64,000 bases of DNA from Octopus vulgaris (Eukaryota). Positions 1 to 11,772 of the stretch are shown here, in pieces (the first letter of the stretch is position 1; each line of letters opens with the position of its first letter). Location: assembly GCA_951406725.2 (NCBI GenBank), contig OX597832.1, positions 68,448,001 to 68,512,000 of the forward strand, in the 5' to 3' direction. The position numbers were made by a program, and so were the translations under genes. The notes below the pieces were generated by a model. The model was not told where the DNA came from. It worked only from the letters and a program-made list of their open reading frames with translations, and searched no databases.

Positions 1-180
1 GGGCACCCACTAGACTCTCGGATGGTTGGTATCAGAAAGGGCATCTATCTGTAGAAACCGTGCCAAAGTCTGGATCCTGGTGCAGCTTTCTGGACATGCC
101 ACTTACAGTCAAACCATCTAACCCATGTTAGTATGGAAAGCAGATGTTAAACGATGATGGTGATGATGATTATGATGATG
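1..180 (+). mobile_element. 3' part of RTE-associated non-autonomous retroelement ending in (GAT)n
   Basis: gcacccactag..ggttggtatcagaaagggcatc...aacccatg..gcagatgttaaacgatgatg; same module recurs at 9430, 15760, 18915, 33505, 36840, 48225, 59030. Confidence 0.65.
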
Positions 181-191
181 ATATATATATA

Positions 192-1068
192 CAGGGTGCG
201 ATGGGTAAATTATCGCTATTTTATATTTTTGATTTAGTGCATGCACTTTGTTCTTTATTTTGTTGTCTATACAGCATAGCAGGGTCAGTTGGGTACTGTC
301 TGTGAGGAAAACAGACCCATGATGCAATTCATTCTGCTAGAAATTTGAAAATAACATGCTGTACTGTTTGGCATTTGCACCTGAAACTCCAATACGAACA
401 TTTCAGAGTGTTTGGGTATCAATCTGAAAACAGTGCAATCTGAGGACATGTACCAACAGTGATAAAAATCAAACATCCAGCCAACATCATGCTGTCTAGA
501 GTGACCACAGGTGATGGCAGTGTTATGCCTCTATTCATCTTCCCACATGACCTCACACTCAATACAGAGTCCTACATCAAGTGCCAGGAGGAAGTAGTGC
601 TGCCTTGGGTCAAGATTGTGGATGCTGGAAGGCCTTATGTCAGGCAACTGGACTCTGTACAATGCCACACAAGCAGAAGACCCAGTTATGGCTGTCTGAC
701 AATTTCTGTGACCACATTACCCCTAACATTTGGCCACCTAACTCCGAAGAATTCATCCCTTGATAATTATATGTAGAGCACAGTTGAGACTAACAAAACT
801 CCTTGTAATACCAAAGATGAACTGAAGACAAGAATTATGACAGTATTCACCATCATAAACAAGGACACCATCCAGAAGAGTTGCAGGATATTCCGAAGTC
901 GTCTGGAAGCCATAGTTGATGCCAATGGTGATTTTATAGAATGAATTTACTCTTTAGTATTTCAAGATATTTTTATGTAATTTTGGTAAAATATATCTGT
1001 TAAAATGAGATGTCAATGTTATTTTCATTTTTGCGTTATTTAGGCAACAGTTTATTCACCACACCCTA
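192..1068 (+). mobile_element. Internally deleted Tc1/mariner DD37D (maT-like) transposon, copy 1
   Basis: TA|cagggtgcg...caccacaccct(a)|TA termini; frameshifted transposase C-terminus (KHPANIM..., LDSVQCH, WLSDNFCDHITPNIWPPNS); consensus of three copies gives 37 residues between 2nd and 3rd catalytic D. Confidence 0.85.
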
Positions 1069-1090
1069 TATATGAATATATATATATATA

Positions 1091-1280
1091 AGGCTGGTTT
1101 ATGGTATTATTTTAGGTTTCACGTCCATAAATGGCCTGGCTTTAGGGCATATCATCAGATCCCAAAGCCTGTCTAGGCCTCTCTAGAATATGAAGGTGGA
1201 AATTAGCTTATTACTCAATGCAGAGCAAAACAGGCAAGGATCCTAAAGGACTCCCTCAATCCGGGAGACATTCTGAACAT
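1091..1280 (-). mobile_element. Probable Penelope-like terminal-repeat remnant with decayed hammerhead core
   Basis: Minus strand CTGATGA (1158-1152), ~11-bp imperfect stem II, GAAAC (1120-1116); abuts (TA)n; no GUH cleavage strand. Confidence 0.45.
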
Positions 1281-2544
1281 CCCGTCAAATGCTTTCTCCA
1301 CATCAACGAAAGCCAGGTACAGAGGTTAATCTTTGGCTAGGTATTTCTCCAGCAGCTATGTCCTATCAGAAATATAGCATTGGTGGTGCTTTTCCCTGGC
1401 ACAAACCCAAACTGCATCTCATCTAAACTGACTTACTCCCTAATTAGTTGGGCTATGACCCTCTTTGTGACCTTCATTACCTGATCCAACAACTTGATAC
1501 CTTTGATATTATTTGTATCTAAAGCGTCACCTTTACCTTTGTAGCAGTTGACTATAGTGCTGCTACACCAGTCATTGGTTAAGACTCCTTCCTGTATCAC
1601 CTGGTTAACTACATGGGTGACTAGGCTATAACCAACACCGCCAGATATTTTGGGCATCCCTGCGGTGATTCCTGATGGGCCAGGGGATTTCCCTATCTTC
1701 ATACTCTTAATTGCTTTATCTACCAAGGTACTGTCAACTCGGATAGCTGGTCCCTCTGTTGGGTCAACATTCGGCAGACTCTCTTTATCCCATTCATTTT
1801 CTTTATTCACCAACCTTTCATAGCGGCGTCTCCAAATCTCTCTCTTTGCAGCGTTGTTTAGTGCAAGTGAACCATCTTCCATGCAGACACATTTTTCTCC
1901 TACGACATCATGATTGTCTCTCACACACTGTCTTGCAACACGAAATACTTCAAGTCTTTGGTCGTCACGGTGCAGAACATTGGCAAATTTTTTTCTTATC
2001 TGCTTCCACTCTGGCTAAATAAACCTGTCTCTTAGTTTCCCTTTTGGCAATCTGATACAATTCCCTGCTACCACTGTTCTTCTAGTCCTTCCAAGCTTGT
2101 TTCTTTTCTCTAAAAGCTCTGTCAACAATATTGTTCTACCACCACATTACCTTGGGTTGAGAGGGGACTTTGCACCATCCACAGATCAGGTCAGTGGCTC
2201 TCAGCAGGTTGTCCCATAGAAATCTCCAGTTATCTTCCACATCATGTGATGATATATCCCCTTCTATTTCATCAAAAGTTTTGAGTAATATGTCTCTAAA
2301 TCTCTCTCTATTCACAGGATCTTTAAGCTTCCAGACCCTTCTCCTCCATGCTGGTCATCTTCAGCCCTGATCCTGAAGTCGCTAACTACTAGTCTATGTT
2401 GTGGAGTACATTCTTCGCCTGGGAAAGTTTTGGCATTTATAAGCAGTCATCTTTCCCTTTTTCTGGCAAGGATGTAGTCGATTTGGCTAGTGTGTCTGGT
2501 TGAATGTGCCAACTCTGAAGGTATTGGAGCTGTGGGCCTGTGAT
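1281..2544 (-). mobile_element. RTE-clade LINE fragment (endonuclease C-terminus to RT N-terminus), pseudogenised
   Basis: [14 protein letters not shown]; GKSPGPSGITAGM, WCSSTIVNCYKGKGDALD..KGIKLLDQVMKV; QFGFVPGKSTT; MEKAFD at ~1285. Confidence 0.9.
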
Positions 2545-2556
2545 ATATACACACAC

Positions 2557-2608
<52 letters not shown>

Positions 2609-2696
2609 GCACACACACACACACACACACATATGTATGTGTGTGTATATATATATGCATATGTATAGGTATATATATATGTAAGTATCTCTATAT
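2545..2696. repeat. Compound (TA)n/(CA)n/(TG)n microsatellite
   Basis: Direct reading; representative of dozens of such tracts in the window. Confidence 0.95.
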
Positions 2697-2883
2697 ACAA
2701 CGTCCAATAGGAAACATTGACTCACTTCAGTCTAACTCTCATTCAGACCCCAATGGCTGAAGACTAGCCACATGCTCCAATCTAAGAGTACCAAGGAGTC
2801 TGAATTAAACTGTTTTGATCTATATATGTAACTTGCAATAAATATGTTGAGTGCTTTTCTTTCCTTCGTCTACTCACTCGTAA

Positions 2884-2887
<4 letters not shown>
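2697..2887 (+). mobile_element. Penelope-like terminal-repeat remnant with degenerate type I hammerhead (2741-2805)
   Basis: Stem I attcagacccc..tgg / cca.ggagtctgaat encloses CTGAAGA (2757-2763) and GTA (2788-2790); GAAA mutated; AATAAA downstream; (TA)n on both sides. Confidence 0.55.
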
Positions 2888-2937
<50 letters not shown>

Positions 2938-2948
2938 TTATAAAATTA

Positions 2949-3331
2949 TTAGCAGTATCGCCCGGCGTTGCTCAGGTTTGTAAGGGAAATAACTATAAAT
3001 CATTTTTAGAGAGTTATAGCCAAAAAATAGCAAAAAAATGGAAAAAAAATGATGGTATATTTTTTTGAGAGTTAAAAAAGGTGGAGTTGCGTCCCCTAGA
3101 CGGTCTGTGGTTTGGGTTTCTGATTCTCGACCCCATGTCGAATTTATCGATTTTTTTCAGAACTGGGGGAACTTTTCAAAATTTCCGCTGCGTTAGTTTT
3201 GAATTATGACATTGGGCTATGTGTGTGTCAAGTTTCATCAGAATCGGTTGAAAGCCGTGGTCAGAGTGAGGGTACGAGAAAACAGACACACAGAAAACGC
3301 ACAGACAAACTGCCGTTTATATAGAGAGAGA
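2949..3331 (-). mobile_element. Non-autonomous Helitron (Lep1-like architecture)
   Basis: Minus strand begins A|TC(tctctatataa), ends with subterminal hairpin cctgagcaacgccggg and CTAA|T (CTRR); internal aagtttcatcagaatcggttgaa and acagac repeats typical of this class. Confidence 0.75.
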
Positions 3332-3835
3332 TAAGTTAGGGTATCTACGAGTTACCACCATGCTGAAAACAGCAACCATGATCTGACTCTAAAACCACCT
3401 TAATTGTCCATATTGCAACATGGAGAGAAAACAAAGAGACAAGATGAAACTAGTAAAAAAATTACTGGATAATTCTAGATCCCGGATTTCTGACTTTGCA
3501 TTTTGGAATGCTTTGCCTCGTCAATAGAATACACACAGAAAAGAAACATAAATACATATATATATAAACACAACATATGAATACTTACATATACAAACGT
3601 ATATATACATATATATATGATATCAGTTGTTGAAAGTGTGTGTGTGTCTGTGTGTGTATGTGTGTAGAGGGGAGAGTGTGGACGTTATAGTTTTGGGCGC
3701 TGATTGTGTGAGGGAGCAGGGAATGTTATTTCACATTAAGATGAATTTCTAGCTTATCTACTGCATAAAATCGTGATGTCCTTGAACAGACCCTTTCAAA
3801 ATACCATTCTGTATACAACTGTTAGAAGCCTCTAA

Positions 3836-3857
3836 CACCACCACCACCACCACCACC

Positions 3858-3901
<44 letters not shown>

Positions 3902-3930
3902 AACTACAACTACTACTTCTACTTCTACTG
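3836..3930. repeat. (CAC)n-(TAC)n trinucleotide microsatellite
   Basis: Direct reading; source of poly-Val ORF 3758-3952. Confidence 0.95.
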
Positions 3931-4251
3931 TTGCTGCTGTAACAATAATCATTATAATTATTGGTGGTTAGATATGATTATTTCTCCTCTGAGTGAAAAT
4001 TCAGATGCGTGCTGACATAAAGAGTTAACAAGATATTGTAATCGCTTCCAGGAATCTTTAAATAAATTTAGGTTTGTGCAAAAGAAATGTTCGCATTCCT
4101 CCAGTCACACGCTTTCACAGTGAGGCTGTGTCATATAAGGAGGGGGAGGAGGAGGAGGAGCAAAAGAGATGTTATAGCAAAGTGATGGAAAGGTGAAAAG
4201 AAAATGGCACAAATTAATAGAGAAAATATTAAGAATGCATGTGTGTATATA

Positions 4252-4316
4252 GTATGTATGTATGTATGTATGTATGTATGTATGTATGTATGTATGTATG
4301 TATGTATGTATGTATG

Positions 4317-4390
<74 letters not shown>
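4252..4390. repeat. (GTAT)n-(CTAT)n-(CT)n-(TA)n compound microsatellite
   Basis: Direct reading. Confidence 0.95.
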
Positions 4391-4466
4391 GAAAGAGAGT
4401 GAGAGAAAGAAACACATACACACATAAATAATACACATGTTTACATAAACACAGATACCATCATAT

Positions 4467-4498
<32 letters not shown>

Positions 4499-6114
4499 GT
4501 GAATACATGTATTGTAATATAAATAATGTTATCCTTGTATACATATAGCTCTATAAATATATGCATATACATACATATATGTATGAATATATACATACAT
4601 GTATATATGCACTTCTATATATATACACACACACATAGACATACATATAACACATACACTCATATATATACATAATGTGTGTGTTTGTGCATATATACAT
4701 AACTGTATGTATGTATATATAATGCATGCGGGGTATACATGTAAATACACATATGTAGTATATATTTTTATATACATTGAATATATATCTATATATTCTT
4801 AATTATGTTAAACATCAACAACACAAAATATATGTGCATGTATATATATATGTATGTATGTATGTATTATGTACATACTTACATACACATATATAAATGT
4901 GTGTATGTATCTATGTATGTATGAATTCATGTATGCATACACATGTGCGTGTGTGTGAAGCTTTTGTAGGTAAATGTCAAGAGTGATTTATTTTTAATTT
5001 TATGAAAATAAAAATAATAGCACATCCAGTTTTATTTACTACCAAATAAAATGTTAACTATGTATTAAAAGCCTATATTAGATTTTATATGGATTTCATA
5101 TTTGGAAACTAATGAACGTCTTTTTTTTTTACTTTATAATGGCTTCTCTGAAATATATATTTTATGCACAAGAAATTTTGAAAGAAAATAAATATAAAAA
5201 TTTATACATACATATATATACATATGCTTGTATGTAAAATGCTCTCTACCTATCTATCTATCTATATAAATATACATATATACATATATATATATATATG
5301 TACACACACATATACACAGACATAACTCATATATGCACTATATATATATATATATATAAATGTATGTATGTACATAAGTGTGTATGTATGTATGTATGTA
5401 TGTATGTATGTATTTGCAAACCCACACACACACAAAACTGTAAAAAGCTTGAGTAATTTTAAAGAGATATTCTTGATGAACCAAGAAGCTAAAGTGGCTA
5501 CCGTTATGATTTTTGGAAAAGTCAATGAGGAAAAAAAACGAACAAGACAACAACAAAAGGAAGCAAACAAAACTCAGAAATCACTCTTTTACAGTTCTTT
5601 GTCTTTTCTTCTTCTGTATTTTTTGTTTTCTTTAAATTCTACTGAATTATGACATTAATTTCAGGACATAAAGAAAAAATGTCTTCGTATTAAGAGTTCT
5701 AACAACACATCAAGATGACTTTTATATGTATTTCAAAATTTTTTTCATTGTTTTCCTCAATTTTAATTTTAAAATTTTTTTTTTCAATTTTTATAGGTCT
5801 CTCTCTCTTTCATTATGAACGTCACATAACGATAGAGCTATATTCTGGTTCAATTGTTATTATTACTATTACTATTATCATTGCCATTATCATTACCATT
5901 ATTATTCTTATTATCATTACTATTATCATTATTAATAACATTATTATTGTAATTGTTGTTGTTGCGATTGCTAGTATTATTAGAGATTATTAACTGGACA
6001 CAATTTACTGAAAGTAGAAAAAAACAATACCTAACAAACAAAATAATTAATATTTTACAGTTATTCTTAATACACACACACAAAATAACTATAACAATAA
6101 TAATAACAACAATC

Positions 6115-6181
<67 letters not shown>

Positions 6182-6878
6182 CAATGAAAAGAAATAAACT
6201 AGAGTTCTCAAGGAATAATTTGGTTTTTAAAAAAGGCACCAAAGAATTATTTGTGTTGCTTTTGCTTGCTTTAACTATTTTAGTAATATTTGTGGTGGAG
6301 GGTGGTGGTGGTGGTGGTATTTGGATGTTTTTAGTTTTAAGTTTCTTCATTGTTTAAATAATTTTAAAATTATCTTTATGGTTAAATCACAATTATTTCA
6401 CGATGAAAAAATTCCGACATCACCCTTTCGTTTCGTTTCGTTTCCTTTCTCCTTTTTTTTGGTCATATTCTCGTGTTATTGTGTTTGTTCTTTTTGGGGG
6501 TTGTTATTTATTTATTTATTATCTTAATTCTGCTTGATTTAAAGTTGGTGAGATACCTTTTAAAATAATATAACTTTAACTGAATCCTGAAAAGCTTGCA
6601 ACAGATGAAAGTGAAAAATGATGATGATGATGATGATGATGATGATGGTTGTGGTGGTTGTGGTGGTGGTGGTGGTGGTGGCGTTGTTGAAGAAGGTGAA
6701 GGAGAAGAATTAAAAGAAGATAGTAATGATGATGAGTAGAAGAAGAAGAAGAAGAAGAGGAATTAAAGGGTAAATTAAGAGGATGTGTATATGTTGGGGA
6801 AAGGTGTATATGATGGAGAAAAGGTAGAATATTTAAAAAAGCAAAGGAAAATGTAGTAGTAGTAGTAGTAGTAATTTT

Positions 6879-6984
6879 TCAGCTGATGAGATCAAATTTT
6901 TGCATTTTTTTCTGTTGTCTTTGCAAATGTTTGCAGTGTAAATTATTTGCTGAAACAGAAGTTCTCAGATAAGTTAACACATTC
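6879..6984 (-). other. Candidate terminal exon of an unidentified host gene
   Basis: Strong acceptor ttttattttattttag|G at 6985; all frames close within 105 nt (NVLTYLRTSVSANNLHCKHLQRQQKKMQKFDLIS* or ECVNLSENFCFSK*), followed by ~2 kb AT-rich, TE-poor UTR-like sequence; no homology recognised. Confidence 0.25.
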
Positions 6985-7184
6985 CTAAAATAAAATAAAA
7001 TACATTAAAATATTTTTTTGTCTTCTGCTCTTTACACCATTAAAGTTTCTCTCAGTTATTTCAAAGAGCACTAATGGTAATATTATAAGGAATTTTAAAG
7101 ATGGCAGTTTGGGGAAGATCCTCTTATATTGTCAAAACTAAAATAAAGAAACCAAGGACACATTGTGAGTAAGGGCCTTGCTCT

Positions 7185-8280
7185 TAAAGCTGAATTACTA
7201 CCAGAACTAGAGAATAAATTTCAGGTGTGGAAACAAGTCAAGAATCTAAGGACCTAAGGGATAATTTAGCAAGTAGGAACACAGACAAATCGCAAATCCC
7301 TTGAAGGAGATAGCCCTGCTTGATATGTATGAAGGGAATTGGGAGAAACTCTGTAGGGTGTACCCAGGGTAAGCTATGGACACATAAGAGGTGCAGCAAT
7401 ATCAGAGGAATGTTAAGAGGGAAAATAGTCTGTTTGTGTGACAGATGTAAAGGTACAATAAGCATTAGAAATGTACAGAAAATAGACTTCATCAAATACC
7501 AGTGCGGATACTTAGAAGTAGTTGATAGCTTCCAGTATCTGAGAGACCACGTCAGCAGTGGAGGTTGATGCTCTGAGTGCATAGTTACTGGAATTAGAAC
7601 GTGCTGGGTAAAGATCTGAGAGCTACTACCTTTGTTGGTAACTAAGCGCCTCTCCTTCAGAGTGAAAGGCAGATCGTATGATGCCTGTGTACATACAACA
7701 GAGAAACATGGGCTGGGACAACAGAAGATTTGTGAAGGCTCGAAAGAAATGAAGCTAGCATTCTCCACTAGATGGGTAATGTCAGTATGTATGTATGACT
7801 GAGTGTAATTGATTTAAGAGAAAAAACTGGGTGTAAGAGGCATCAGATGTGTGCAAGAGAGAAGACTGTGCTGGTATGACCATGTAATATGTGCCGATCT
7901 CTAATTTGTGGAAAGAACTAATGGAAGGGGTAGACCCAGGAAGTCATGGTACGAAGTGGTGAGAAAGGATCTTCAGACACTGGGCCTCACTGATGAAAGG
8001 ACAAAGGATCAAGATTGCTGGTGATTTGCTGTACATGAGAAGAGACGGTAAGCTAAGTAAAATCACAGCCATCCATACATGCAGGAATGTTCTTTATGGC
8101 CATGCTGCCACTCCTACTCCCAACCAAGAGGTCTTTGTCTTACAGGTGCCAGTGCTATGTAAGACGCACTTGTGCTGGTAGCGTGTAAAAAGCACCCAGT
8201 ACACTCTGTAAAGTTGTTAACATTATGAAGGACATCCAACTATAGAAATCATGTCAAAACAGTCAATTGGAGCCTGGAAA
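7185..8280 (+). mobile_element. RTE-clade LINE 3' fragment (post-RT zinc finger, C-terminus, 3' UTR)
   Basis: CLICMKGIGRNSVGCTQGKLWTHKRCSNI, LEVVDSFQYL, RGRPRKSWYEVVRKDL; ends in gcacccagtacactctg module. Confidence 0.85.
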
Positions 8281-9070
8281 TAAGTTTAAGTGTTTGCACG
8301 CATCCACAGGAACTTTGGTCAACCCAGACTCCTAAAATCCAATTGGAACACATCCCTCTTTGTTGAATAAACTAATAATTTGTCAAATAAGCTTTCCAAA
8401 TATTGCTAGTACATTAATATATAAATGCAAGTCTTGCTTTGCTGTTATTGTTGAGATAAGGTTAATCCTGCTCCAACAAACTAACATTCTGTGACAATCT
8501 TACATTTTAACTTCTATATCTGATGTGTTCCTATTTACAACAGAAGGAAAGCAAGTGAAAAAAGTGTGTACACAATCCCTCACTCTCTTCAATGTAATGT
8601 TAGTTAATTTAGCTTCAGCTAAATACAGTTAATTTGTGAACAATATATTGTTAAGCTGATTAAAACAGTTTAAGTGCAGACAACTTTACTTTCTTGTTTT
8701 CTACTGGAAAAGTTAAGATGGCTGAAATGCATAAAAAATCTATGGTAGGCAGGAATGGACAGAAAAATGATTGCAACTCAAAATATATTGAAATGTATGG
8801 CAGTTTGATGTATACTTGGGTTATTTGCTCAAATGAACAATAGAAGCATATACTCTCAGACAAGACAAAATGCATATTTCCAAGGATCATATCTCATGTG
8901 TGTATAGTAAGCATAGCTTTAAGGTAAGAAGTTTGCTTTCAAGCTCATGGTTCCAGGTTCAGTCTCACTGCATGACCCCAGGTTCATCCAAGCCCTGTGA
9001 GTGGATCTGAAGGATGGAAACTGAAAGAAGCCCATCATGTATGTGTGTGTGTATATATATATATATGTAT

Positions 9071-9111
<41 letters not shown>

Positions 9112-9429
9112 ACCAGAGAATAAAAGACAAATTTGAAGTTGAGATTGTAAAAGAGTGGATTCCTTATAAATGCCCGTCCCTGTTCTAGATTGCAGATAAC
9201 TGGAGGAAACATTTTTGTGAAGAAATCATGTGAAATAATCATTCTGAAGGTTCTGGTTGTTACCATATTAGGGTGATAGTGATACACCTCACCTATCATC
9301 TTAACATTCTTATTGCACACATTAACAACAGCATCTTCTCAGAGAAATCCTTAAAATTGCTTGTAAATTTTCCAGAAAATACCGTTACAGGAACTGAAGG
9401 CAGTTGGTGAGATATTCTGGAATATTCAG

Positions 9430-9628
9430 TCATCATTATTATCATTGTTTAACGTCTGCTTTCCATGCTGGCATGGGTTGGACGGTTTGGCTGAGGACTG
9501 GCAAGCCAGGAGGCTGCACCAGGCTCCAATCTGATCTGGCAAGATTTTTATAGCTGGATGCCCTTCCTAACACCAACCACTCTGAGAGTGATTTGTATGC
9601 AGGTGATTTGTATGCGCCACCAGCACAT
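9430..9628 (-). mobile_element. RTE-tail non-autonomous element
   Basis: Reverse complement of the 1-180 module (ctggatgcccttcctaacaccaacc; tttccatgctggcatgggttggacgg). Confidence 0.75.
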
Positions 9629-10299
9629 GAGCCATAACAACAATTAACGTTTATTAAATGAAATAAGCAAACAATATGCTGTAGCTGAATAAATGAATGT
9701 AAATAACTTCCCTGCCATTAAACCAGCCAAACTGAATGAATGAAGCAACAAGATGCATTTCTATCTTCTTTTATACAAATTACATTAAAACCTCTGCCAG
9801 TAATGACACTGATTACTACAACCAACAATTACATGTCTAATACGAATATTTGCATTGGTAATCTTTATTATATCATGCACTGTAATCATTCTAAATGTTT
9901 CACACTTTTCTCTTATTAGTTTGGCCTTCTATTAATTACGCTCCAGACTTTATAATCCCTGCTTCATTCAAAGTAATTTCACTGATAATTGTTACTGCCT
10001 TATTCTTTGGAATTAATAATAAATTATCTCTCACATGAAGGATTGGCAGCTTGTATGTGGTATTGATTTCATCAACATGTTCTGGCAAAGTTGTCAAACA
10101 TGTATGCCAACAATAATCGTAATTACAAAACAAAGGAGACCATTTAAAATCAACATGGTGGATCCCAAGAATGTCGGCAAAAATTCTAAAGGATGGCTTC
10201 TTATTCTTTGATAAAATATTCTATACAATTAAATCAGTTATTTGGTCTTTGTAGACACTTATGTAAAATGATTATTTTAAACTGGATGAATGTAGCATG

Positions 10300-10331
<32 letters not shown>

Positions 10332-10969
10332 TGTAAATTTGTTGAATATATATGTAAACAATATCCTTAGATACATAACAGAAGGGATCACAGGAAAACG
10401 TTCTGGAATCATCAAATGTCTTCAAAAATTCTACAGTATGGTGTTTTATTGTTCATAAAATATATTATTTAATGGTTATTAAATCAGTTTAATTTGACTT
10501 AATAATCACAAGTTCCTTTATTGCTCATAAATTATTACTTAAATAATACACGAGCAATCTCCTAATATCTTCAAAACTTCTAAGCTGTGTTGTTTTATGC
10601 CTATAAAATTCAACATAAAACATTAATTAGCTAGCTTTAATTAATCTTGATAATCCCCAAAGCAATATGATGATTTAATTGTGAACTGGTTGGCTGTAGA
10701 ATGTCTCTGTGTTTACATACAAATTCTAACAGCTTGACCCCAGTTTTAATGTCCATCTTCTTCCTATATCTGTAGACCTAGATGGAAGCCAACAAAAAGT
10801 TAAAGTTTTTCCTATCAAACTAATCCTATCACATTTTATGGGCCATAAATAGTTCTGGAAGGAGAAGGAACAACGAAAGACACAATGTTTGTTTTAATGT
10901 ATTTATCCTACTTCAAGTCCGGTGTCATACTTTTGTACTTTATGTAGTCTACCAGCATCTCTTTTTATC

Positions 10970-11054
10970 TCAAGGTAATGTGATACGATTTGCAAGAGGA
11001 CTGGCTGCAAAAATTGCAGCTAGACCTCTTGCAAATCTTATCACATTATCTTGA
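10970..11054. repeat. Near-perfect 85-bp palindrome (41-bp arms, 3-nt loop)
   Basis: tcaaggtaatgtgatacgatttgcaagaggactggctgcaa / ttgcagctagacctcttgcaaatcttatcacattatcttga, 4 mismatches. Confidence 0.9.
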
Positions 11055-11136
11055 ATTAGGAAAGGAATCAGTTCATAATGAATTTACATACACTTAAATA
11101 CACACATGTATGTGTGTGTGTGTGTGTGTGTGTTTG

Positions 11137-11570
11137 TACCCCATCACTACATGACAACCTGTGTTGCTGTGTTTACATCACTGTAACTCAGTGGTTTGGC
11201 AAAGCAGACCAAGAGAATAAGCACAAGGCAAGCTGGCAGAATCGTTAGCACACCAGGTGAAATGCTTAGCAGTATATCATCTCACGTTACATTCTGAGTT
11301 CAAATTCCACTGAGGCCGACTTGCCTTTCATCCTTTCTGGTTCGATTAAATAAGTACCAGTTACACACAGGAGTCGATATAATCGACTTAATCCCTTTGT
11401 CTGTCCTTGTTTGTCCCCTCTACATTTAGCCCCCTGTGGGCAATAAAGAAATAAATAGAACGAATACAAGGCTTCAGAAAGATGTCTTGAGGTCGATTTC
11501 TTTAACTAAAACCCTTCAAGGCAGTGCTCCAGCATGGCTGCAGTCAAAAAAGAGGTAAAAAACAAAAGAA
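11137..11570 (+). mobile_element. 3' half of OR2-like SINE interrupted by a second tRNA-SINE family (11229-11455)
   Basis: OR2-like body resumes at ~11456 after insert agctggcagaatcgttagc..gagttcaaattcc..gcctttcatcctt..caataaagaaataa. Confidence 0.75.
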
Positions 11571-11686
11571 TATATACACACACACATACATGTGTATGTG
11601 TGTGTTTATGTGTGTGTGTGTGTGTGTGTGTGTGCATGTAGGCATCTTTATGCCTTAATATACACCTGTTTCAATGAGCTCTACAC

Positions 11687-11772
11687 CTGTTTCTTCAGTG
11701 CATTGCAAAAAATTTCAGCTTCTTTTTTGCCCATGTCCTCAACAGGTGTATGATTAACCCTTTGAAATGGAT
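11687..11772 (-). other. Candidate 86-nt coding exon (DPFQRVNHTPVEDMGKKEAEIFCNALKKQ)
   Basis: Acceptor tttttatgtttag|AT, donor CAG|gtgtag (weak); only one open frame; protein not recognised. Confidence 0.25.

Noticed and set aside
9936-10260. Possible Helitron helicase remnant (LIPKNKAVTIISE)
   Set aside because: Similarity too weak to call by eye.
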